A stretch of 64,000 nucleotides of DNA from Cyanobacteria bacterium auto_48_18 (GCA_036170915.1 JAVHQC010000029.1:96001-160000); one strand, 5' to 3'. Positions 37,424 through 47,350 are shown, counted from the first letter of the stretch. Translations and numbers: made by a program. Notes: generated from the sequence alone by a model not told the origin.

Positions 37424-38506
37424 CTATTTCATTGCCCAGTCACTAATAGTAACAGGCAGGCGCTTGCGTCCCCATGTACCGGCTCGTTCGGCAAACACCC
37501 CTGGCACACTCTCGCCACACTGCCGACACCGATTTTCTTCAAGATTATATTTGCCGATCTCAAACCAATTTCTCTCAATCAATAAAGAACGGCAAGCGGA
37601 ACAATATGTACTTTGATGGGGAGCGTCGTCAACATTGCCCACATAAACATACTTTAGGCCCTGGCGCATGGCGATTTCACGAGCCCGCAACAGAGTGGAG
37701 GGCGGCGTGGGTGGGCGATTGTCCATGCGAAAATCAGGATGAAAAGCCGTGAAATGCAGAGGTATCTGATCGCCCAGATTGGTCAAAATCCAGTCGCACA
37801 TTGCCTTGAACTCGTCTGACGAGTCATTCTCATCAGGTATGACCAGATTGGTAATCTCAAACCAGACGTCGCTTTCGTCTTTTAGCCACTTCAGCGTATC
37901 AAGCACTGGCTGCAGCTGTGAAAGGGTGAGCTTCTTGTAGAAAATTTCGCTGAACGCTTTGAGGTCTACATTAGCGGCGTCCATGACTGAATAGAAGTCA
38001 GGGCGGGCCTCTTCGCCTATGTATCCGGCGGTGACAGCCACGGTCCTGACGCCCAACTGATGACAGGCCCGAGCAGTATCAATGGCGTACTCGGCCCAAA
38101 TGACCGGATCATTATAAGTAAAGGCCACGGAAGCGCAGCCAAGCTCTTTGGCCGCCAGAGCAATTTGCTCAGGGCTCGCCTCTTCGCTCAAAAGCTCAAT
38201 TTCGCGCGACTTGCTGATTGACCAGTTTTGACAAAACTGGCAACCGAGGTTGCAGCCTGCTGTGCCGAAAGAGAGCACGCTCGTGCCGGGCAGAAAATGA
38301 TTTAGCGGCTTTTTCTCAATTGGATCAACGCAAAACCCGGTGCTGCGGCCATATGTGGTCAATTTAACCGAATTGTCGATATTTTGACGCACAAAGCAAA
38401 AGCCGCGATCACCTTCCTTCATCTGGCAATTGCGTGGGCAGAGATCACATTGCACTCGACCATCTTCAAGAGCGTGCCAATATTTGCCGTCAATAATGAA
38501 GTTCAA
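37424..38506 (-). CDS. amrS: AmmeMemoRadiSam system radical SAM enzyme
   Basis: VQCDLCPRNC...CFVR, DPIEKKPLNHF.PG, GCNLGCQFCQNW.IS (CxxxCxxC), FTYNDP, AFHPDF, GLKYVYVGNV, TYC..C. Likely TTG start at 38506. Confidence 0.92.
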   Translation of the reverse strand: MNFIIDGKYWHALEDGRVQCDLCPRNCQMKEGDRGFCFVRQNIDNSVKLTTYGRSTGFCVDPIEKKPLNHFLPGTSVLSFGTAGCNLGCQFCQNWSISKSREIELLSEEASPEQIALAAKELGCASVAFTYNDPVIWAEYAIDTARACHQLGVRTVAVTAGYIGEEARPDFYSVMDAANVDLKAFSEIFYKKLTLSQLQPVLDTLKWLKDESDVWFEITNLVIPDENDSSDEFKAMCDWILTNLGDQIPLHFTAFHPDFRMDNRPPTPPSTLLRAREIAMRQGLKYVYVGNVDDAPHQSTYCSACRSLLIERNWFEIGKYNLEENRCRQCGESVPGVFAERAGTWGRKRLPVTISDWAMK

Positions 38507-38619
38507 TGCCCACCACCGCCTGATTTGCTGCGTGTATAAATCAGTATAAACAATCATGTCCAAGAAAATAGGTCGCCGTATATATACGTACGGCGGAACA
38601 GGGAAGCGGAGTCTTAAAA

Positions 38620-40575
38620 GTGCCCATAACGGACGCAAATCAGAAAAAAGACGTCGCTAAAGTCAGCGATAAGCCGCTTGAGCAGGGCCAAGACGTAGCT
38701 GACAAAGCTCGCCACGCACTTTCGCTAGAAGCCACGGCTAAACCAGGCGAAAAGACCGTTCTTAAAGCTGAGGCCGGCAGCAGTCACGCATATAGCGACT
38801 TTATCAACGCCTCTTTTGATAAAGCTTCCACAACCATCAAGCAAACCATGGCGATGTTGCCTAGCCTGGCTATCGACAGCGATACCGGAAAAAAAATCAA
38901 TCAAAAAAATAGCACCGACATCAGCTTAGATTTCGACAGCATTTTGAAAAAGAACTGCGTTGAGCCGACAGAAAAAGAATGCAAGCCCGCCACTGGCAGT
39001 GCATTTGATGGCTTCAATTTTGTCGCATCTAAAAAGGTAGAAGAAGAAGCCGACGCCAAAGGCATACAAACTAAAGCTGAATTCCATTTGAACAAGACCG
39101 ATTGGGACAAAGCCATGGCCGCCTTTGAAAAAGTGGGCAAGCCAAACAGCGCGCAAGCAACCGCTGATGTCTCAGTACATCGCGATCAGAACGGCAAAGT
39201 CGATGTAATCAGACAGGGCAACCAGACACTGGCTCAAACCGCTGAGGGCGGACAGCTAGTAATGAACGAAGCCGGCGATGTTCTGCAAAAAGACGCTAAC
39301 GGCGAAGTACAGTTTCACATGCAAGACGGTAAGTTTATGGGCAAGCTGGCAAGCGGCCGCAACATCGTCGTTGAAGAAGATGAGCAAGGCAACAAACGCG
39401 CATACATCTTAGATGCTCAAGGCAACCCAACTTCTGAAGTCTATGAAGGCGAAAGTGGCTCATACAAAGTAATCGGTAAATTTGAAAACGGCCGCATCGT
39501 CACTTCAAATTCCACAGTAGAGCAAGCCGGCGGCATCAATAAACTGGCTGAAGATATGGAAGCAGAAGCCATAAGAACCAAAACCAATCAGTTTCAACAA
39601 CTCAGAGATGGCATCATGACTGTCACTCCAGATGGTTCTGTCATTGCGGCTAAAAAAGATGGCACTGCCTTGATTTCAATTTCTGAAGGTCGTTACCTCG
39701 TTAGAAATGCTGATAAGTCGTGGACAATTCACGAGAAAAATAAAGCAGCTGTGCATCTTTCACAGGGCGAAGTGCAAGAAATATTGAAGGACAAAGCGCC
39801 TGAAAGAAGAGGAATGGTTCAAGCCATCAAAGCTTTGATTAGCTTTGGCAAAGATCAGACTTTGACTAACGCCGATGGCTCTTCAACAATCACAATGTCT
39901 GGCGATCGCATGCAAGGCCGAGTGAACGAAACTAAAGCCGAGACAGATGCTAGCGGTCAAACTGTAGTGACTGGTTTAGTCAATGGCGAAAGCCAAACTA
40001 TTGACACTCAAGCTAAAACTCTTGAAGTGAAACATGCTGACGGCAAAGTAGACAGAATAGCTACTGGCCCTAAAGGATTCAAATTTACAGGCAAAGGCTA
40101 CAATTATGACAGTGGCAAAGTCACCACCACCAGCGGTGACGTCATTACATCAAACGGCATTCAAATGGCCAATGGCACTCAGATTCATCGTGATGGCTCC
40201 ATCGACTTTGCTGACGGCACAAGAATCAAATCAGACGGAACCATAGTTGAATCTGCAACTTATTCGAAAAAAGAATCTGAACGCACAATGGCTCAAGCCG
40301 CAGACAGCAAAGCCGCCAGCGTGGCCGGATATGCCATGGGTAAAGCCGGTGAAATTCGCAGCCGCGCTGCATCTGGTCATGCCACCGCTAGCGATATCGC
40401 CTCGCTCGAAGCCGCCTTTGCTGGGCTGTGCGAAGCTGTAACTGCCCTTTCCGGCAACTGCGATCCTTCTACCCAATTCAAACTGTACACAGCTAAGAGC
40501 AGTGTTTCAGAATCAATCAGTGTCGGCAAAGCTCACCTCAATACCGGCAACAAGCCTGTTGGAGTTGCAGCTTAA
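38620..40575 (+). CDS. large hypothetical protein with beta-hairpin (xxDG) repeats and a C-terminal Ala-rich helical domain
   Basis: 651 aa, no signal peptide, many T/N-x-D-G turns (e.g. MANGTQIHRDGSIDFADGTRIKSDG). Confidence 0.7.
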   Translation: MPITDANQKKDVAKVSDKPLEQGQDVADKARHALSLEATAKPGEKTVLKAEAGSSHAYSDFINASFDKASTTIKQTMAMLPSLAIDSDTGKKINQKNSTDISLDFDSILKKNCVEPTEKECKPATGSAFDGFNFVASKKVEEEADAKGIQTKAEFHLNKTDWDKAMAAFEKVGKPNSAQATADVSVHRDQNGKVDVIRQGNQTLAQTAEGGQLVMNEAGDVLQKDANGEVQFHMQDGKFMGKLASGRNIVVEEDEQGNKRAYILDAQGNPTSEVYEGESGSYKVIGKFENGRIVTSNSTVEQAGGINKLAEDMEAEAIRTKTNQFQQLRDGIMTVTPDGSVIAAKKDGTALISISEGRYLVRNADKSWTIHEKNKAAVHLSQGEVQEILKDKAPERRGMVQAIKALISFGKDQTLTNADGSSTITMSGDRMQGRVNETKAETDASGQTVVTGLVNGESQTIDTQAKTLEVKHADGKVDRIATGPKGFKFTGKGYNYDSGKVTTTSGDVITSNGIQMANGTQIHRDGSIDFADGTRIKSDGTIVESATYSKKESERTMAQAADSKAASVAGYAMGKAGEIRSRAASGHATASDIASLEAAFAGLCEAVTALSGNCDPSTQFKLYTAKSSVSESISVGKAHLNTGNKPVGVAA

Positions 40576-41147
40576 TCAGCCGACAGACCATATTTATCTA
40601 ATATTTTCTGCCATTGACCATTAGCTTTCAGTACAAGCTCGGCAACTTCACGCACTGCGCCGCTGCCACCATGAGCGGTGGTAACAAAATCAGCCTGGGC
40701 TTTGAGTTCAGGGCGAGCATCACCCACGGCAATGCCAAGCCCTGCACGTTTCATCAGTGGGAAATCAGGAAAATCATCGCCTATAAAGACAACTTGCTCA
40801 TCAACTAAATTTTCTTTGGCAAGAATTTCTTCATAGCTCGCCACTTTTTCGAGAAAGCCTTGATACACATAAGAAATGCCAAGTAGACGCGCTCTTTCAG
40901 TCACCGCCGGCGAATCGCGGCCGCTAATCACTCCAGACTTAAAGCCGCAGTAGTGCAGGAACAGTAAGCCGGCACCGTCTTGAGAGTTAAAACCCTTAAA
41001 CTCGACTGGCTTTCCGTCAGACCCGGGAAAATAATAAATGCGACCGTCGGTTAAAACCCCGTCGACGTCCATCAAAATCAACTTGATTTTGGCGGCCCGG
41101 GCCACAATATCGTCAGGAATAATTTTTGCAGCGCTGCTTGCCATCAA
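40572..41147 (-). CDS. kdsC: 3-deoxy-D-manno-octulosonate 8-phosphate phosphatase (KdsC/YrbI HAD family)
   Basis: DVDGVLTDG, F...DG.G, ISGR.S, IGDD.PD, GG.GAVREV. Confidence 0.9.
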   Translation of the reverse strand: MMASSAAKIIPDDIVARAAKIKLILMDVDGVLTDGRIYYFPGSDGKPVEFKGFNSQDGAGLLFLHYCGFKSGVISGRDSPAVTERARLLGISYVYQGFLEKVASYEEILAKENLVDEQVVFIGDDFPDFPLMKRAGLGIAVGDARPELKAQADFVTTAHGGSGAVREVAELVLKANGQWQKILDKYGLSAD

Positions 41148-41253
41148 TATCTCCAGGTCGTCATTCTAACTAATTCTTGAATCAAGATCTAAGGTGTGAA
41201 AACATTAGTGACAATACAAGCGCCGACCCGGCTGCAAAGTGGAAGTTGAACCC

Positions 41254-43188
41254 ATGAGTAAATCATTTTTCTATAGCGGTACGCCACTTCATTTCGAGGT
41301 CTTGGACGTCGAAGCGGTAAGCGTCTCTGGCGACGACAAGGCTGTGAAACAATATCAGCTTGACCAGGCTCCGCCCGTGCACAGTTGCGATGTGCTGGTA
41401 GCTGGCGGGGGCATGGGTGGTGTGGCTGCGGCGCTAGAAAGCAGTAAGACTCACTCAACTCTTTTGACTGAAGAAACCTCCTGGTTAGGTGGGCAAATGA
41501 CGAGCCAGGGGGTTTGCGCTCTGGACGAAAATAAATATGTGGAAACCACAGGCGCCTGCAAAAGCTATCTGTTCATGCGCGAACGCATTCGCGACCACTA
41601 TCGCCACAGCAATAAGCTTACGGCAGACGCCCTGGCCGATGCACTTTTGCATCCAGGCAAATCGTGGGTGACGCGTCTGGCATTCGAACCAGATGTTGCA
41701 GTGCAAGTTATTGATGAGCTACTTGCACCAGCGGCGGCGGCAGAGCGACTGTCAATTATGCGCAGGTTGAAAGCAGTGGCGGTGTCAAGGCAAAATGCCA
41801 TTCAAGCTGTACTTTTTATCGATCTCGATAGCGGCTCATTTCTCGAAGTACAACCGCGCCTTGTGCTTGACGCCACCGAACTTGGTGACCTGCTGGCCCT
41901 AGCAAAGATTCCCTATAGAACAGGCTCTGACAGCCGCAGCGAGACTGGCGAGAAACACGCACCAGAGCTTGGCGACACTGAGAACGTGCAAGACTTTACT
42001 TATCCATTTGTGCTTGAGTATTATCCCGGCGAAAATCATGTGATTGAAAAGCCTGCAGACTATGACAATTTTATGGCTGCTGGAAAATTTTCTTTTTACG
42101 GCTATCACATGTTCGAAGAAACCGATGATCAAAGCACCGGCGTATTACGCCATCTGCTGCCATTCTGGACCTACCGACGCTTGATTGATAAAAGCCTCTT
42201 TCAACCAGGCATCTACAAATCAGATATTGCCATGATCAACTGGGATAGCAACGATCTCAGAGGCAAAAATATAATCGACAAAACACCTGAGGTACAAAGA
42301 CAATATTTAGCGCTGGCAAAAAGAGTCAGTCTCGGTTTTCTCTATTGGCTGCAAACTGAGGCCCCGCGGGACGATGGTGGTAAGGGTTATAGCGGCCTGA
42401 AACTGGTACGCAATATTTTTGGCACCGCCGATGGTTTATCTCGCTATCCATATATTCGTGAAGCGCGACGTCTCAGCGCCAATACCACCGTCGTGGAGCA
42501 AGACATCGTGGCATCAGCCAACCTAGGCAGTCGGGCGAGAAGATTTGAAGATTCAATAGGTATCGGCCTTTACCCTGTAGATATTCATGGCCATCAGGAA
42601 GTGCCTGGAGCGGCGCAAGAGTCTAAACCATTTCAGATACCATTAGAGTCGCTTATAACTCATGACTGCTCAAACTATATAGCCGCTTGCAAAAATATTG
42701 GTGTCACACATATTACGAATGGAGCCTACAGGCTGCATCCTATTGAGTGGGCCATCGGCACAGCAGCTGGAACACTGGCATCAATGCAATTGAGTCATAA
42801 ATTTGGCAATATTGAGCTTTTGTCAAACAAGGACATTTTGCAGACTCAGATGTTGCTCACCGCAGCTGGTGCTCCGATTTTTTGGTTTGACGATATCATG
42901 CTGGACGACGAAAACTTCCAAGCTATTCAGATCATGGCTGCAACGGGAGTGATTGCCTGCAATTCAGACGACTTGAGCTTCAGACCCGATGAAGATTTAG
43001 TGCCTGGAGAAGCGGATCAGGCAGTTAAGCGTTTATCTAGTTTTTGTGAAAAGCTTTCAAGCGAAGTGCATTTTAGAATTAGAGTTGGCAATCAAATCAC
43101 CAGGCGCGAGCTGGCAGAACTATTGTTTGGCGTGTTGAAGCTTAGTGTGTTTTCAAATACAGGTAGCAGCATTGGTGCATTGAGCTGA
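41254..43188 (+). CDS. FAD-dependent oxidoreductase (FAD_oxidored family) with SLH-like C-terminus
   Basis: DVLVAGGGMGGVAAA, WLGGQMTSQGV, DATELGDL, PYIREARR, THITNGAYRLHP.EW. Tail 'FRPD...ITRRELA'. Confidence 0.85.
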   Translation: MSKSFFYSGTPLHFEVLDVEAVSVSGDDKAVKQYQLDQAPPVHSCDVLVAGGGMGGVAAALESSKTHSTLLTEETSWLGGQMTSQGVCALDENKYVETTGACKSYLFMRERIRDHYRHSNKLTADALADALLHPGKSWVTRLAFEPDVAVQVIDELLAPAAAAERLSIMRRLKAVAVSRQNAIQAVLFIDLDSGSFLEVQPRLVLDATELGDLLALAKIPYRTGSDSRSETGEKHAPELGDTENVQDFTYPFVLEYYPGENHVIEKPADYDNFMAAGKFSFYGYHMFEETDDQSTGVLRHLLPFWTYRRLIDKSLFQPGIYKSDIAMINWDSNDLRGKNIIDKTPEVQRQYLALAKRVSLGFLYWLQTEAPRDDGGKGYSGLKLVRNIFGTADGLSRYPYIREARRLSANTTVVEQDIVASANLGSRARRFEDSIGIGLYPVDIHGHQEVPGAAQESKPFQIPLESLITHDCSNYIAACKNIGVTHITNGAYRLHPIEWAIGTAAGTLASMQLSHKFGNIELLSNKDILQTQMLLTAAGAPIFWFDDIMLDDENFQAIQIMAATGVIACNSDDLSFRPDEDLVPGEADQAVKRLSSFCEKLSSEVHFRIRVGNQITRRELAELLFGVLKLSVFSNTGSSIGALS

Positions 43189-43259
43189 ATTTGAGTCGGA
43201 CTGATTGAGTGGGGCCGGTTCAGTCAAACTGGTTCAGGTATGCGATTTTTGGAAAAAAC

Positions 43260-43306
43260 GACGATCTAACATTGTAATTACGCCGTAATAACATTGTTAG
43301 ATGGTC
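43260..43306. promoter_or_regulatory. 47-bp imperfect inverted repeat containing two TAACATTGT(A/T)A boxes
   Basis: 22-bp arms with 3 mismatches around a GCC loop. Boxes start at 43267 and 43289, 22 bp apart. Confidence 0.45.
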
Positions 43307-43437
43307 ATTTTACTGGGCTTGAAGGTCGGGTGCGCGGCCAGGCTGCGCTGCACTTACTCTGTGCAATTGCACATGTGAATATTGCAGAAGAATCGCTAGT
43401 CTGAACGTGTAAGTAACATGCAGCCGAGGACTGAACA

Positions 43438-43656
43438 ATGAATTCGATATTTGAAGTTTTCAAAAACGAAAAACTTGGTGCTGAAACTTCGGCACTTGAG
43501 GGCGCTGAGAAAGCACTGACTGATGTGAGCCACAAGCAGGCAGGTGCGCGCTTCTTTGCAGAAGTATATGAACCGCTGCACAAGGCCAGACCAAGTGCGG
43601 AGCAGTATTTGATTGAGGAGAATTATCCTCAATTTCTTGAAATGTTGCAGAAGTGA
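43438..43656 (+). CDS. small hypothetical protein
   Basis: GAGGA RBS before ATG 43438. 72 aa. Confidence 0.6.
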   Translation: MNSIFEVFKNEKLGAETSALEGAEKALTDVSHKQAGARFFAEVYEPLHKARPSAEQYLIEENYPQFLEMLQK

Positions 43657-44583
43657 CTAGTCTTTGTGTTGCAAAACACTGACACCGTCTAACTTCGTAT
43701 CAAGCCGCAATCGATCGTCACCTTTGACGTATTTGTTCAAAAAAGCCAGACAATAATGATTGATCAATTCTTTCTCTGTGGTGCTGCGATTTAAATTCGT
43801 CCAACCGAAATGATTGACGCCAATGAACTCGACAAAATAAACCGGTGCCGATGTTTTATCATAGGCACTTCTAATGAACGGTGTAACACGCAAATCTCGG
43901 GTGCCGCCTTGATACATCACCGGCACATTGAGGCTGCTCAACTTGCCATTCAGTGCTAATGGCTGCAAGTATGGAGAGAGTGCAAGCACAGCTTTAATCT
44001 CTGGAATTTTCCAGGAGGGCCAACCACCAGCGAGAGAAAGCGCCGTATAGCCACCCAGAGAATGTCCGGCCAGAGCCACTTTAGACCAATCAATTTGATC
44101 TTTGAATCTGCTGTCTTTAGCCAAAGCGGGCATTAACTTCTTTATGTCATCGCGGCGATCCTGGTAAGTACTATCCTTCCAATCACCTGGTTTGCTGAAA
44201 TCTACCTGCGGACCGCTAACTTTAAAACCGGCATCATCGTGGTTGGGTGCCACCACTAAGTAGCCATCTTTCGCCAGGGCATTCATAATGAACTCGCTTT
44301 GAGTGCTAATGCCATGGAAACCGTGGGAAAAAATCACTAGAGGATAAGGTGCTATAGCTAGTTTTGGCCTCCAGACAGCTATATCTAGACCATCGAGAGT
44401 AATTTTTTCGGCTTGAGATTTTGTTCGGCCCCAAGATGAACGCTTATTGCCCTGAGCCGTTTCAGTGCCTTGCCGCCGTTCAATAATGAGTTTCCGGATT
44501 GCGTCCTGAGCCTGAGCTGGAGCACTCTGATTGAAAACCAGAGATATTAGTAGTAAGAAAATGCGTAGTCTTGATCTGGTCAT
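43657..44583 (-). CDS. alpha/beta hydrolase (PAF-acetylhydrolase/chlorophyllase-like), secreted
   Basis: Signal peptide, PLVIFSHG, GYLVVAPNH, nucleophile elbow GHSLGG, later Asp (GTRD) and His (NHF). Confidence 0.85.
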   Translation of the reverse strand: MTRSRLRIFLLLISLVFNQSAPAQAQDAIRKLIIERRQGTETAQGNKRSSWGRTKSQAEKITLDGLDIAVWRPKLAIAPYPLVIFSHGFHGISTQSEFIMNALAKDGYLVVAPNHDDAGFKVSGPQVDFSKPGDWKDSTYQDRRDDIKKLMPALAKDSRFKDQIDWSKVALAGHSLGGYTALSLAGGWPSWKIPEIKAVLALSPYLQPLALNGKLSSLNVPVMYQGGTRDLRVTPFIRSAYDKTSAPVYFVEFIGVNHFGWTNLNRSTTEKELINHYCLAFLNKYVKGDDRLRLDTKLDGVSVLQHKD

Positions 44584-44613
44584 TTGGCCTCAAATAATTC
44601 ACACCTAACTATA

Positions 44614-45243
44614 TTACGATTGAAACACAGGAAAGTTTCGATCTACGGAGACGAAATATCCGTGCGAGTCAGGTAGAGGTTTTGCTTCTATATCCAAAAT
44701 CGGCGGCAGGGCTGGCGAGATGCAAACTGAGCCGTCATAAGCATATGGAAGTCTCATGCCCCGGTCTTCGGTATTAATGCTGGCGCTAATTATTGAGATG
44801 CGATTACTTACAGCTCGGATCAACCGAAATAAAGCTATGTGAAAAAGTCTTACTCTGACGGGATCCATTTGATGCCAGTCTTCCAGGTCAGAAGTATCCG
44901 GATTAATCTGAGCGCCGAGGGCTCGCTCGCAATGCGGAGGATAAATGGCAACGCTGTAGCATGGAAACGGGCGTCCTAGGTTTCTTCCGACAGCATCTCG
45001 CTTGGGCAGCGAACCATGCACCAGGCCTATAGAAGGCAGGCCGTCGATTCGCAAGATTGATTTGACCAATTCAGGGCCCTCACCATGCCATGGAATAAGT
45101 TTTCCCTCTTCAAAAATTATGGATTCTACAAGAGCCATGTCGATTTCGGGACGGAAATACATCCAAACGTCGTACATTGGGCCGTAGCGCCAATTCTCAG
45201 CCTTTGAAAAAAACTGAATGTCTTCATCTGATAGTTGTTGCAT
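44614..45243 (-). CDS. hypothetical protein
   Basis: 209-aa ORF with no recognised motif. Confidence 0.6.
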   Translation of the reverse strand: MQQLSDEDIQFFSKAENWRYGPMYDVWMYFRPEIDMALVESIIFEEGKLIPWHGEGPELVKSILRIDGLPSIGLVHGSLPKRDAVGRNLGRPFPCYSVAIYPPHCERALGAQINPDTSDLEDWHQMDPVRVRLFHIALFRLIRAVSNRISIISASINTEDRGMRLPYAYDGSVCISPALPPILDIEAKPLPDSHGYFVSVDRNFPVFQS

Positions 45244-45262
45244 ATTTGATTAGTGATGCGTT

Positions 45263-46246
45263 TTAACGCGGTAAGGAATTGAGAAAGGGGTGGACGGCGT
45301 CGTAAATGTTTTGCGCACAATCAACCAAATTTGGTGGGCGCTCATAAGGTGAGAAACTTGATTGAAACACTTTATTGATACTGATTGTTAGTTCGTCTAT
45401 TGTGGTGTCAGGACGAAGAGTCGCGACTAGTGACGCGGCTACAGACTCATATTCATCGCGAGGTGCTCCGTCGCGGACATAACCCTCTTGGTCCCAATCG
45501 GCGAGACATTCAGATACGATGATCGTAAGTCGCTCCAAAAGACTTAGACGAGCAAAAGTCTGATCCAGCGGAACTTGAATAATCGCACCGTGCGTCTCAG
45601 CGAGCCGTTGTAATTCGCAGTACATCAGCGGACACGGGCAATGAATCAGAAGATTGTGTACGAGACCGGAGACTAAGTTCGCGTCGCCAGAATAAATTGC
45701 AGCGCGCACGCTTACAGTGCGAACACACACTCTAAGCGATCTCCTGATCACCTTGCTTTTGTCCTCAATTTGAGAATTGGTCACTAATTTTTCCAAACGA
45801 TCTGAGAAGGCAACCGCATAAGGCCTCAGCTCATCTAAGCGCTGGGCGCCTTCAAGTCTGATCATAACTGCACCAATACAATTCAGCAGAGCGACATCTT
45901 TCACAAATGGATCTGCACAAAGCTCCTCATAAAAGCGTAAGTCACGCTCAGGCTCATTCAGGAAAGCGTTGTATAGCTGCATTCCGTGCACTGTATAGTG
46001 CCGGCACGCTGTTTGCCTTATCTGAGTTTCGCAGAGATCTCTACGCTTGCGCAGCAAAATCTTACCCGGCTCACCTAGTGCGAGCACATCAGCCAAAACA
46101 TCAGGCTGCACTCGAAGTTGCAGCATGTCTTCGTAATGCGATATCGCCGCGGCGATGTTACCGACGCGCGCTTCAGCTAACCCAGCTTCGTGGTGGATTT
46201 TCCAGGGAGGTTTACGGCGCGGTGGACGTTGGTCGCTGTCGGACAA
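45263..46246 (-). CDS. hypothetical protein with TPR-like N-terminus and DUF1871-like C-terminus
   Basis: C-terminal 'DWD...APRDEYE..A..L......I..VF..SF...CA..I' pattern. Confidence 0.55.
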   Translation of the reverse strand: MSDSDQRPPRRKPPWKIHHEAGLAEARVGNIAAAISHYEDMLQLRVQPDVLADVLALGEPGKILLRKRRDLCETQIRQTACRHYTVHGMQLYNAFLNEPERDLRFYEELCADPFVKDVALLNCIGAVMIRLEGAQRLDELRPYAVAFSDRLEKLVTNSQIEDKSKVIRRSLRVCVRTVSVRAAIYSGDANLVSGLVHNLLIHCPCPLMYCELQRLAETHGAIIQVPLDQTFARLSLLERLTIIVSECLADWDQEGYVRDGAPRDEYESVAASLVATLRPDTTIDELTISINKVFQSSFSPYERPPNLVDCAQNIYDAVHPFLNSLPR

Positions 46247-46400
46247 TTGCGGTCGGCTTTATGGGCCGCTGATGTGGACCTTGAGTTAGCTTATCACGAC
46301 GGTGAATGAAGTGGAAAGCTGCAGACTAAGACTCACCCACTATGAAATACAGCGAGCCTCCCATGCCGAGTTGGTATATCCTGGTACGAGGAGGGAGAGA

Positions 46401-46616
46401 ATGACAGTCACACTAAAATTATTCGACGTGGTCGCTCTAACTTCGGACATACCGGACCGAAGACTTCGACGTGGACAGGTTGGTACCATCGTGGAAATTC
46501 TTAGTCAAAATGTTTTCGAAATTGAGTTTTGCGATGATAACGGGCGAGCGTATGAAATTTTGGCCGTTCCAGCTGACCAACTAATGGTGCTTCATTACCG
46601 CCAGCAACTTGCATGA
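46401..46616 (+). CDS. DUF4926 domain protein
   Basis: KLFDVVAL..DIP...LRRGQVGTIVEIL...FEIEF.D.NGRAY. Strong GAGGAGGGAG RBS before ATG 46401. Confidence 0.85.
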   Translation: MTVTLKLFDVVALTSDIPDRRLRRGQVGTIVEILSQNVFEIEFCDDNGRAYEILAVPADQLMVLHYRQQLA

Positions 46617-46948
46617 CGAAATTTTCAAACAGACAAAGTGTAACTTTTTCACTATTGGGATTTTGCGCAATTCTGTTTGCTTTCAATGTTCCGATTAGTG
46701 TTTGGCTCATGATGGAATCAAAGGGCGAACAGATCCTTTTAGCCACTCCTACCGTAAAACTGATATTTACTGTCGCAGAAAATATTTACTTGATTATTCT
46801 GACGACAATAGTAGCCGCTGATTGTAGACAAAAAAATTTCCGTAGAAGCTTATCTTATGTTAGTGGATTAATAGCAGGAGCAATTGCTCTAGTCCTTATA
46901 TATGGAGTAGTCTCTAACGACTTGAATAAATCGATTCGGGATTACTAG
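46613..46948 (+). CDS. small three-TM membrane protein
   Basis: ATGA overlap with the DUF4926 gene, three hydrophobic segments, AT-rich. Confidence 0.5.
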   Translation: MTKFSNRQSVTFSLLGFCAILFAFNVPISVWLMMESKGEQILLATPTVKLIFTVAENIYLIILTTIVAADCRQKNFRRSLSYVSGLIAGAIALVLIYGVVSNDLNKSIRDY

Positions 46949-47316
46949 TAAGACTTAGAACACTTCTCGCGTAGCGCTCTGTCAAAATCACCGACATAAA
47001 CCGACGTGTCGCGATTTGGACCAAGCAAAATCGGGGTTCCGTATGACAAGGTTAATCCCACTCCTGCCTTGCCAGGGAGTAAGCTAGAGCATAATATCGG
47101 CCGGGCGTGCAGATACGTGTGAGAATAGAAAGCCCCGTCTATCGTACGACCAGCAGGTGTAATTGAGGTCAGCGGCATTGAAAACATTGCGCCATTTTTG
47201 ACCTTCTGGCCAGACCTAACGAACGCCTTGCGTTCAGTGCCATAGCAGTGAGCGGCAATAGGCGAATGGAAAAATCCAAAAATTATTAGCGTTGAAATTA
47301 CAAGCGAATTTCTCAC
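46945..47316 (-). CDS. hypothetical exported protein
   Basis: GGAG RBS, GTG start, signal-like leader, 123 aa. Confidence 0.5.
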   Translation of the reverse strand: MRNSLVISTLIIFGFFHSPIAAHCYGTERKAFVRSGQKVKNGAMFSMPLTSITPAGRTIDGAFYSHTYLHARPILCSSLLPGKAGVGLTLSYGTPILLGPNRDTSVYVGDFDRALREKCSKSY

Positions 47317-47350
47317 TCACGCTCCCCGCAAATCACAAAACTCATACGCT

